The position numbers were made by a program, and so were the translations under genes. Source: a virus (lineage: Duplodnaviria > Caudoviricetes). Taken from it: a stretch of 64,000 nucleotides of DNA. The notes under the pieces are model-generated. The model saw nothing but the letters and a program-made list of their open reading frames with translations, was not told the origin of the DNA and ran no database searches. This document shows, in pieces, positions 36,482 to 47,300 of this stretch (its first letter is position 1; each line of letters opens with the position of its first letter). The DNA lies in IMG/VR virus record IMGVR_UViG_3300036971_000130. One strand, 5' to 3'.

Positions 36482-37769
36482 AGCCAAGTCCATCGTCCCT
36501 GGGATCACCGGGAAAACCAAGGACCGACCAGCCTCCTACCGCAACGCTGGTCCCCGCCTGAGGGACCTGGAAGCTGGCTCTGTCGCCGCCAAGGCCCTCT
36601 ACGACGTGTGGTCTGGCAACCCGTTGGTCATCATCGACTCGCCTCCTGGCGCTGGCAAGACCGAGACGATCGCAACCATCGTCTCGCACCTCGTCATGCA
36701 CTCGAACCCGCCTCTGCGGATCGGTGTTGTCGCTGGGACCAAGAACCAGATCGTGGGCATCGCAAACCGCCTGACAAACCACCTCAGCACGGACTTCATC
36801 CACCTGTTCATGTCCGGCGACGTACCCGGAGACATCGACCCGATGATCCCGGTGTTCTCGTCGAAGGGCACCGTCTACGACCTCGAAGTCGAACGCATGG
36901 GGAACGACATCGACCGCTGTGTGAAGCTGCGGACGCTGGCGTCGGTGTCGAAGTCCAAGGACGAGTTCGACATCCTCGTTGTCGACGAAGCGTACCAGGC
37001 GACCTGCTACAGCGTCCTCCTGGCGTCCCGCAAGACTGAGCAGCTTCTCCTTGTCGGTGATCCCGGCCAGATCGGTCCTGTGCAGCCCATCGACGATCGG
37101 CACTGGTCCGATCGAGACATGAACGTCTCCGATCGAGCGCCGACCCAGATGAAGCGTCGCCCCGAAGCCATCGTCCATCATCTCCGCAACTCGTACCGTC
37201 TCGGATCAGATACGGTCGACTGCATTCGTCCGCTCTACGGGTTCTCCTTCGACTCGGCCAACGTCGATCGTGAGGTCATCGGGAAGGCTGAGATCGAAGC
37301 GATCGAAGTGCCGGAAGCTGAAACGCTCACCGATCCGATCCTGATGTCCAAGGTCGCTTCTCACGCCGCTTCCCTGATCGGTTCAGTGATCCGAGACGAG
37401 GATGACGAGCGTCCGGCGACCACCGACGACATCGCCATCGTCGTACCGCAGAACGACCAGATCACGGCTCTCAGCAGCTACCTGAGCAAGCTGAAGATCC
37501 GTCGCATCACGATCGGGACCGCCAACTCGTTGCAGGGCGGCGAGTGGCCCATCGTGATCGCTGTCGACCCGATCCTCGGCGGGGAGGTGTCCGAGCACGC
37601 CATCGAGCCAGGGCGGCTCTGCGTCATGGCTTCCCGGCACTCGCACCACCTCTCCTGGTTCCACGACGGCACCTGGGAGGCCGCTCTCACCGAGGAACAG
37701 GAGCGCCTGACCGACCGGGACCGTGACCTGCTGATCGAGGTTCGGCGGAGGCTCTGCGCCCATCCATGA
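36450..37769 (+). CDS. superfamily 1 (Upf1/DNA2-like) helicase/ATPase
   Basis: SPPGAGKT, VDEAYQ, VGDPGQ, SYR, SLQGGE, VMASR. Confidence 0.85.
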   Translation: MQEAPVLSLAEAKSIVPGITGKTKDRPASYRNAGPRLRDLEAGSVAAKALYDVWSGNPLVIIDSPPGAGKTETIATIVSHLVMHSNPPLRIGVVAGTKNQIVGIANRLTNHLSTDFIHLFMSGDVPGDIDPMIPVFSSKGTVYDLEVERMGNDIDRCVKLRTLASVSKSKDEFDILVVDEAYQATCYSVLLASRKTEQLLLVGDPGQIGPVQPIDDRHWSDRDMNVSDRAPTQMKRRPEAIVHHLRNSYRLGSDTVDCIRPLYGFSFDSANVDREVIGKAEIEAIEVPEAETLTDPILMSKVASHAASLIGSVIRDEDDERPATTDDIAIVVPQNDQITALSSYLSKLKIRRITIGTANSLQGGEWPIVIAVDPILGGEVSEHAIEPGRLCVMASRHSHHLSWFHDGTWEAALTEEQERLTDRDRDLLIEVRRRLCAHP

Positions 37770-37776
37770 TGGGTGC

Positions 37777-38334
37777 ATGGCACTCAACGGCACCATCCAA
37801 CTTCCGTGGTCTGCGGGCAGCGACTTCGTGTCCAAGCTCCGCTGGGAGATGAACCTCGTCGGCATCGAGGATGTGAGGCTCTCACGGAAGATCGTGAAGT
37901 CGAACCAGGCCCGTCGTCGGCGTCTCCGGTCCATCCACAAGTTCCGGTCCCTCCCGGCCACCGGAGATCGTCCGGTTCGCTGGGATGGGGAGACCTCCTT
38001 CACCTACGGCGACATCACGGTGGCCTTCGATCGTTCGACATCCAAGATCACCGTGTCGGTCGACGGCCCTCGGACTCAGATCGACGACTTCCTCCTGCGT
38101 GGAGCGAACCCGCTCTGGAAGGCCCTCGTGCGTTCGCTCTCGGACGTGACGTGGACTCGCACCTCCGGCGGCACCATCGTGAACGGCAACGGACGGCCGA
38201 TCGTCCACTTCGGACCGAACGGTCCCGAGTTCCCGACGCCAGAGTGGATCTCCCGGACCCGGAAGTCCGGCCTGCACAAGCGCCGGACCGTGGTCACGAA
38301 GAAGCCCGGCTACAGCACCATCTACGGCGCTTGA
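37777..38334 (+). CDS. basic hypothetical protein
   Basis: CATGAT-N6-ATG(37777). Confidence 0.7.
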   Translation: MALNGTIQLPWSAGSDFVSKLRWEMNLVGIEDVRLSRKIVKSNQARRRRLRSIHKFRSLPATGDRPVRWDGETSFTYGDITVAFDRSTSKITVSVDGPRTQIDDFLLRGANPLWKALVRSLSDVTWTRTSGGTIVNGNGRPIVHFGPNGPEFPTPEWISRTRKSGLHKRRTVVTKKPGYSTIYGA

Positions 38335-38336
38335 AC

Positions 38337-38373
38337 GAAGAAGCCCCGGTCGCTGTGACCGGGGCTTCTTCTT
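38337..38373. terminator. bidirectional terminator
   Basis: gaagaagccccggtc-gctgt-gaccggggcttcttc. Confidence 0.8.
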
Positions 38374-38392
38374 GTTCAGGCGCTAGCCCGGA

Positions 38393-41300
38393 TCACTCTC
38401 CGGCGTCGTTCTTCCGACGGCGGACGAGGACCAGACCTCCGAGGATCGAACCGAGGCCGATGAGCCCGATGAGTGCGATGCCAGCACCGGTCACCGGAAC
38501 CGGGATGCCCGGCTTGGAGGTGATCGGCGGAGCAGGCGTCGTCGGGGTGACGGGGACCGTCGTCGGCGGGTTCGTCGTCGGCGTGACCGGAGGAACCGTT
38601 GTCGGGGTGACCGGCGGCTCGACCGGCGGGACGACACCGGTGTAGTTGGCCGGGTCGTCGTCGGTCACCGACTCGTCGGGGTCGAGCGAGTTGGTGCCGG
38701 TGACGGTTCCGACGTTGGTGTACTGACCCTTGGTGACCACACCGGTGAGTTCGCAGGTGAACGACTCGCCAGCGGGCAGGTCCGTTGCGGGGCAGGTGAT
38801 GTCACCCTCGATGTCGTCGGTGACCTTCACGTCCACCAGGTCGGTCTCACCGACGTTGGTGACCACGTAGGTCCAGGTGACCTCGTCACCGACCGTGAGT
38901 TCGACACCGGGTGCCTCGTTGGCGTCGTCACCGTTGACGTACTTGACGATGGCGATGCCGACCTTCGGGCGGATGAGACCGAGGTCGATGGTGAGGTCCG
39001 ACTGACCGGAGGTCAGGGTCACCGTGGTCGTGAGGCCGTTGGAGTCGATCGTGCGATCGTCACCGGTCTCGGTCGACGTGATGACCATGCCAGCGGGGAG
39101 GTTGCTGAACGTGACCGTGTAGGTGCCGGGGATGAGTCCGGTGAACAGGTACTTGCCGTCGGCGTCGGTGGTCGTGGTAGCGACCTGATCGCCGTTGGCG
39201 TTGGTCAGCGTGACCGTGACACCCTGAACACCCGGCTCGTCGTTGTCCTGCTGGCCGTTGCCGTTCTCGTCAGCCCATACGGTGTCTCCGAGGGAGACGG
39301 GGCGAACGAGACCGAAGTCGATGGTGGTGTTGTTCTCACCGTCGGTGAGGGTCACATCATCGCTCGGACCGTTCGAGTCGGTGGCCGGATCGCCAACGTT
39401 GGTGTGCGTCGGGATCATGCCCTCGGGAGCCTCGAAGGTGACGGTGTAGTCGCCAGGAGGCAGGTTCTCGAACAGGTACTTGCAGTCGTCACCGGTGGTG
39501 GTGCGAGCAACCTCGTTGCCGTCGGCGTCGGTGAGGATGACGACGACACCAGGAACACCAGCTTCGCCTTCGTCCTGCTGGCCGTTGCCGTTCACGTCCT
39601 CCCAGACGCAGTCTCCGAGGGAGACGGGACGGTAGAGACCCAGGTCGATCGAGAGGTCCGTGTCCTCATCGGTCGGGAGGTTGACGGTGGTCATCAGGCC
39701 GTTGGAGTCGACCTCGGTGTCCGAACCAGCGGTGGTCGGGGAGAGGACGAACCCGTCGGGCGTGTCGCTGAAGGTGATGATGTACTCGCCGGGGGCGAGG
39801 CCCTCGAAGATGTACTTGCCGTCAGCGTCGGTGGTCGTGGTGGCCGTGTAGTTGTCCGGACCCTCGATGGTCACGGTGACGCCCTCGATGCCGGGCTCAT
39901 TCTCGTCCTGCACGCCGTTGGCGTTGAGGTCGTGCCAGACGAAGTCACCGACCGAGATCGGACGGTAGAGGCCGAGGTCGACGGTGCGGATGCGATCGCC
40001 GGAGACCAGCGTCAGGTCAGTGTTCTCGCCGTTCGAGTCGACTGCCCGATCCGTTCCGACCAGAGCCGGGGAGAGAGCGTAGCCATCGGGAGCGGTGAAG
40101 GTGACGGTGTAGTCGCCGGGGATCAGACCGGTGAAGATGTACAGGCCATCCTCGTCGGTGGTGGTCGTGTCGGTGAAGCCGTCAGCCCCGACGATGGTCA
40201 CGGTGACACCCTCGATGCCGTTCTCACCCTCGTCCTGCACGCCGTTGGCGTTGGAGTCACGCCAGACGTAGTCACCGACCGAAGCCGGACGGTAGAGGCC
40301 GAGGTCGACGGAGAGGTCCGACTCACCCATCGGCAGTTCGACCGTGGAGGTCACGCCGTTGGAGTCGGTTCCGGGATCGCCCACGTTGACCGGGGAGATG
40401 TTGTAGCCGTCGGGGACCGTGAAGGTCACCGTGTACTCACCGGGAGCGAGGTCGTCGAACAGGTACTCGCCGTTCTCGTCCGTGGTGGCCGTGGCGGTGA
40501 AGCCGTCGGGACCGGAGATGGTCACCGTGACACCCTCGATGCCAGGCTCGCCAGCATCCTGCACGCCGTTGGCGTTGGTGTCCTGCCACACGAAGTCACC
40601 GATGGTGCCGGGGACCCAGAGGCCGAGGTCGATGGTGTCGTCCTCATCGCCCGATTCGAGGGTCACCGTGGTGGTGAGACCGTCCGAGTCGGTGGCCGGG
40701 GTTCCAGCGCCCTCAGGCGACAGGTTGTGCGTGTCGGGCTTCGTGAAGGTGACGGTGTACTCACCCGGCACGAGGCCGGTGAAGGAGTACGCACCATCAG
40801 CGTCGGTGGTCGTGGTGGCGGTGAAGCCATCGGGACCGGTGACGGTCACGGTGACACCCTCGATGCCAGGCTCACCAGCATCCTGCACGCCGTTGGCGTT
40901 CGTGTCCTGCCAGACGAAGTCACCGATCGAAGCCGGGCGGTAGAGGCCCAGGTCGACGGTCAGGTTCGACTCGGAGTCGGCCAGGGTGACATCGACGCTG
41001 GTGCCATCGGAGTCGACAGCGTCGTCGGTGCCGACGTTGACCGGCGATGCGACGTAGCCAGCGGGGGCAACGAAGACGACCCGGTAGTCACCGGGGATGA
41101 GGCCGGTGAACAGGTACTCGCCGTTCTCGTCGGTGGTGGTCGTGGCGACCGTGAGGTTGCCGGACATGAGGTTCACGGTGACACCCTCGATGCCAGGCTC
41201 GTCAGCGTCCTGCACGCCGTTGGCGTTCAGATCCTCCCAGACGAAGTCTCCGACCTCGGCCGGGACGAAGGCACCGAGGTCGATGGTGTCGTCCTCGTCG

Positions 41301-44300
41301 CCCGATTCGAGGGTCACCGTGGTGGTGAGACCGTTCGAGTCGGTGGCCGGGGTACCAGCACCGAGCGGCGACAGGCTGTAGCCATCCGGGGTGGTGAAGG
41401 TGACCGTGTAGGTGCCGGGCACGAGTCCGGTGAACTCGTAGGCACCGTTCTCGTCGGTGGTGGTCGTGTCGGTGAAGCCGTCGGGACCGGTGACGGTGAC
41501 GGTGACACCCTCGATGCCAGGCTCGCCAGCATCCTGCACGCCGTTGGCGTTGAGGTCGTGCCAGACGAAGTCACCAACCGATGCGGGAAGGTACGCACCG
41601 AGGTCGATGGTGTCGTCCTCGTCGCCCGATTCGAGGGTCACCGTGGTGGTGAGACCGTTCGAGTCGGTGGCCGGGGTACCAGCGCCCTCAGGCGACAGTT
41701 CGTAGCCGTCCGACGTGGTGAAGGTGACCGTGTACTCACCAGGAACGAGATCGGTGAACTCGTAGGCACCGTTCTCGTCGGTGGTGGTCGTGTCGGTGAA
41801 GCCGTCGGGACCGGAGATGGTCACCGTGACACCCTCGATGCCAGGCTCGCCAGCATCCTGCACGCCGTTGGCGTTGAGGTCGTTCCAGACGAAGTTGCCG
41901 ACGGTGGCCGGACGGTAGAGACCGAGGTCGATCGTCGGATCGTTGTCACCAGCGGACAGGACCACCGAGGTGACGAGTCCGTTGGAATCGACGGTCCGGT
42001 CGGTGCCGACCGCAGTCGGGGACGGGGTCCACGACGGGGACAGGAAGGTCACCTGATAGGTGCCGGGCACGAGATCGGTGAACTCGTAGGCACCGTTCGA
42101 GTCGGTGACGACATCGGCGGTGAACCCAGCCGGTCCGAGGACACGGACGGTGACACCAGCGATGCCCGGCTCACCGGCATCCTGGATGCCGTTGGCGTTC
42201 AGGTCGTGCCAGACGAAGTCACCGAAGGAGGCGAGTTCGTAGACGCCGAGGTCGATGGTCGGGTTGTTCTCACCGGAAGCGAGGACGATCGTGGTCGTGA
42301 GACCGTTGGAGTCGACCGCACGATCGGTTCCGACAGCCGTCGGGGAGATGACGTGACCAGCAGGCGTCGTGAACGTGACGGTGTACGAGCCGGGGACGAG
42401 GTCCGTGAACTCGTAGGCACCATCGGCGTCAGTGGCCGTCGTGTCGGTGAAGCCAGCCGGACCGGTGATGGTCACGGTGACACCCTCGACACCGTTCTCG
42501 CCAGCATCCTGCACGCCGTTGGCGTTCGTGTCGTACCAGACGAAGTCACCGACCGAAGCGAACTCGTAGAGACCGAGGTCGACGGTCGAGTTCGTGACGC
42601 CGCCAGCGAGAGCGACCGTGGTCGTGAGACCGTTGGAGTCGACCGCACGGTCGGTGCCAACCAGAGCCGGGGACAGGTTGTAGCCGTCCGGCGTGGTGAA
42701 GGTGACCGTGTAGGTGCCGGGCACGAGATCGGTGAACTCGTAGGCACCGTTCTCGTCGGTGGTGGTCGTGTCGGTGAAGCCGTCGGGACCGGAGATGGTC
42801 ACCGTGACACCTTCGATGCCAGGCTCGCCAGCGTCCTGCACGCCGTTGGCGTTGAGGTCGTTCCAGACGAAGTCACCAACGGTTGCGACCTGGTAGACGC
42901 CGAAGTCGATCGTCGGGTCGCTCTGACCGCCGGTCAGCGTGACCGTCGAGGTGAGACCGTTCGAGTCGTTGTCGTCGTCGCCGGTGTTGGCCGGGGACTC
43001 GGTGTAGCCGTCGGGCGTGGTGAACGTGACGGTGTAGGTGCCCGGCGGAAGGTCGATGAACGAGTAGTTGCCGTTGGCGTCGGTGACGACCGAAGCAGCC
43101 TCGTCATCGGAGTTCGTCAGGGTCACCGTGACACCAGCGAGACCGGGCTCGCCAGCATCCTGGATGCCGTTGGCGTTCAGGTCGTTCCAGACCCGGTCAC
43201 CGAGCGAGGCAAGCTGGAAGATGCCGTAGTCGATGGAGAGGTTCGTCTCGGCGTTGCCGAGGACGACCGTGACAGCGGCACCGTCGGAGTCGACCTCATC
43301 GTCGGTTCCGGCGTTGTACGGAGCAGCGATCCAGCCGGTCGGCTCGGTGAAGGTCACCACGTAGGTGCCAGGCGGGAGGTCGCTGAACAGGTACTTGCCG
43401 TCGGCATCGGTCACCGTGTTGACGGTCCCGTCGGGGCCGTTGAGGGAGACACCGACACCGGGGACACCAGGCTCACCGGCATCCTGGATGCCGTTGCCGT
43501 TCAGGTCGTTCCAGACCGTGTCACCGATGGCCCCGGTCTGGTAGATGCCGAGGTCGATCGTGCCGTTGTGCTCACCAGCCGCCAGCGTGACGTTGGAGTT
43601 GGCACCGTTGGAGTCGACAGCCGTGTCCGTTCCAGCGTTGGTCGGGGAGGCCGAGTAGCCGGTCGGGATGATGAAGTCGACGGTGTAGGAACCGGGAGCG
43701 AGACCGGTGAACTCGTAGGAGCCGTCGGAGCCGGTCGTGGTGATGGCTACGACGAGACCGTCACGAAGGAGGGTCACGACGACACCTTCGACGCCGTCCT
43801 CGGTTCCATCCTGGATGCCGTCGCTGTTGGTGTCGAGCCAGACCCAGTCACCGAGCGAAGCAGGTTCGTAGAAGCCGTAGTCGATCGAGAGGTCTTCGTC
43901 GCCCGAAGCGAGGGTCACCTCGTAGTCGTTCGGGTTGGAGTCGTTCTCCGGGTCGTCGCCAACGCCGATGGGCGAAGCAACGAAGCCGTCGGGGGCCGTG
44001 ACGTGCACCGTGTAGGTGCCGGGGTCCACCTCGAACTGGTACCAGCCGTCACCATCGGTCTGCGTGGAGTCGATCACGTTGCCGTCGGCATCGAGCAGTT
44101 CGACGGTGACGTTCGGGATACCGAACTCGCCTTCCTCCTGGATGCCGTTGGCGTTCGTGTCGTTCCAGACGACATCACCGAGCAGAGCGGTCGAGTAGAA
44201 GCCGGTGTCGATGGTCGGGTTGTCCTCGCCAGCGGTGAGGGTGACCGGGACACCGTTGCCGTCGGAGTCGATGGTGTTGTCGTCTCCGACCTGGTAGCCG

Positions 44301-47300
44301 GTCGGACGGCAGCGGCCGGGAACGATCCGGTTTTGACCACCATTGTCGCCGGGGTCGAACGGTGGGGTGCAGCCGTTCGGGACATCGAAGACGATGACGT
44401 ACTCACCGGGAGCGAGGTCGTGGAAGTAGTAGTTGCCGTTGGCGTCGGTCACCATCGAGGTGACGACGGAGCCATCGGGACGGGTGAGCCAGACGGTGGC
44501 ACCTTCGATGCCGGGCTCGCCGTCATCCTGGATGCCGTTGGCGTTGATGTCTTCCCACACGAGGTTGCCGACCGAAGCGGTCTGGTACATGCCGAGGTCG
44601 ATCGTCATGTTGTGGGTGTTCTCGGGGAGCGTCACGTTGGAGGTGAGACCGTTCGAGTCGTTCGCCGGGTCGCCACCAACACCAGACGGGGAGACCGTCC
44701 AGCCGGAGGGACGAACGAAGTTCACCGTGTAGGCACCGGGAGCCAGATTGTCGAACAGGTAGGCACCGTTGGCATCGGTCGTCGTCGTTGCGACAGTGAG
44801 GCCATCACGGACCAGGTTGACGGTGACGTTCGGGATTCCGACCTCACCGGCGTTCTGGACACCGTTGCCGTTGACATCGTTCCAGACGAAGTCACCGATG
44901 GACGACGGACGGTAGAGGCCGAGGTCGATCGTCGGGTTGTTGTTGCCGTTGATCGTCACCGTCGAGGTGAGACCGTTGGAGTCGACCGAACGATCGGTGC
45001 CGACAGCCGTCGGGGATGCGACGTAGCCGGACGGAGCGGTGAAGGTGACGGTGTAGTCGCCAGCCGGGAGGTTCGTGAACGAGTAGGCACCGTTGGCGTC
45101 GGTCGTGCGGGTCTCGCTGTAGCCGTTCGGGCCGGTAGCGGTGACCGTGACACCGGAGATGTTCGGCTCCCCGGCATCCTGGATGCCGTTGGCGTTCACG
45201 TCGTGCCAGACCCGGTCACCGATGGAGCCGGGGACCCAGAGGCCGAGGTCGATCGACATGTTGGCTTCGCCGTTGCCGATCTCGACGGTCGTGGTGAGGC
45301 CGTTCGAGTCAGCTTCACGATCGGTCCCAACGGCCGTCGGAGACAGCGTGTAGCCGGACGGCATCACGAAGGTGACGGTGTACTCGCCGGGAGTGAGGTC
45401 GTAGAAGCCGTAGACGCCTGTGGCGTCAGTGGTGGTCGTGGCGGTGACCCCACCGGGGCCAGCCAGGTTCACGGTCACACCAGCGATGCCGGGCTCACCG
45501 GCGTCCTGGATGCCGTTGGCGTTGAGGTCGTTCCAGACGAGGTCACCGACAGCGGCGGTCTGGTAGAAGCCAGCGTCGATGGTCAGGTTCGTGTCGTTGA
45601 CCTCGGTGCCGGTGATGGTCACCGGGGCGTTGCCACCAACCGGGTTGGAGTCGACAGCACGATCGGAACCGACAGCCGAAGGCGAAGGGACGTGACCAGC
45701 GGGGGTCACGAACTGGACCGTGTAGGAGCCGATGCGGAGGTTCTCGAACAGGTAGTTGCCGTTGGCGTCGGTCGTCGTCGTGGCGATGACCGCACCGGTC
45801 GAGTTCAGCAGGCGGACGGTGGCGTTCGGGATGCCGTTCTCGCCAGCGTCCTGGATGCCGTCACGGTCGTCGTCGTACCAGACACGGTCACCGAGCGAGA
45901 AGGCACGGATGACCACGGTCACGTCGTTCGACCGGATCGGGAGGATCGGTCCGTCGGTACCGTTCCGGATCGAGCCACCGACATCGTTCGTGTAGATGTC
46001 GCCAGCAGCGTTGCCAGCCGTCGTCATCTGAACGGTGTAGGTCCGGGTCTCGCCGGAGCCGAGAGCGTTCGAGTCCTTGATGCGGACAGCGGTGACGGCA
46101 CCCCAGTTGGTGATGCCAGCGGCAGCGACCCAGGTGGTCGATCCGCCGGTCTGGTTGGAGGCAGCCAGCGGGTTGTAGGAGATCGAGGCCGGGGCGGCGG
46201 TCGTGTACTGGTAGGTGCGACCAGCGACAGCGGTGAGCGGCCCGGAGAGTCCGACGGTGCCGGAGAAGTCCGAGGCAGGTTCACGGTCGACGGAGTCGTC
46301 GCCGTTCCACGGGAGAATGTCGATCACGTCGATGGCGGCGATCGTGGTCTCACCCTGGTTGGTGAGGATCAGGTCCCACGGGATCGTCGAGTTCGGGTAG
46401 TTGATCGCCGGAGCGGAGGTGCCCTTGGTGATGTTCAGTTCGTAGCGACCGACACGGAACGAGACGGCCTGCGTGTCGACCATCGGGTTCTGGGCGTCGG
46501 TTGCGCCGGTCGGCTGGACGATGCCTCCACCGACGACACGAGCGGTGTTGGTCCAGGAACCACCCGGCGTTGCGACGCCGACCTTGGCCCTGGCCGTGAA
46601 CTCGATCTTGACGATCGAGTTGTTCGGGATCTTCGGGAGGGTCCAGACACGGTGGTTGGATGCGTTCAGGGTCGGCTCGATGTTCGAGGTCACGCCGTTG
46701 ATGGTGACGACCGACGAACCAGCCTGGTAGTTGAACGGGGACGAGGTCTGGCTGACCGACTCATCTCGGACCTGAAGGCCGGAGATGTTGCCGCCGGAGA
46801 TGCCGGAGGTGTCGACATCGAGGCAGAACTGGACGGGAGCGCCGACAGCGATCTCTGGGGTTCCGGTCTCGCCACAGACGGTCTTGTCGAAGGCTGCGAC
46901 AGCGTTCGTGGTGATGATCCGGTCACCGGAGCGGGAGTCACCGGTGTTGGCGGGGACGTTGTAGATGTCTGCCTTTCCATCGGGAGCGGTGTTCGTACCA
47001 ATCCAGTAGGAGTCGTAGGCGTTCAGGTTGGTGTTACGGGTGAAGCCGTTGATACCGAGCGCCGTGTTGCCGTAGAAGCCGTTGGAGGAAGCGTTCCAGA
47101 AGCCGAGGACGGTTCCGTTGGTGTAGGAGCCGATGGTGAACGGGACACGGAGAGCGAGGACGATGGTCCGGTTCTCGTTGGTGGTCGCCGTGACAGCCGG
47201 GCGCATGTCGCCCCACGCACGAACGGCGTTGAACGTTGCCGGACGGGTGTCGGACCACGTTGCGTCGGAGTCGTCGCACTGGGTGGTGGCCGAGATGCCC

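Noticed and set aside
38970-45903. Repeats as a CRISPR array or DGR template/variable pair
   Set aside because: The units are ~330-bp in-frame coding repeats with no spacers, and no cas or reverse transcriptase gene is in the window.
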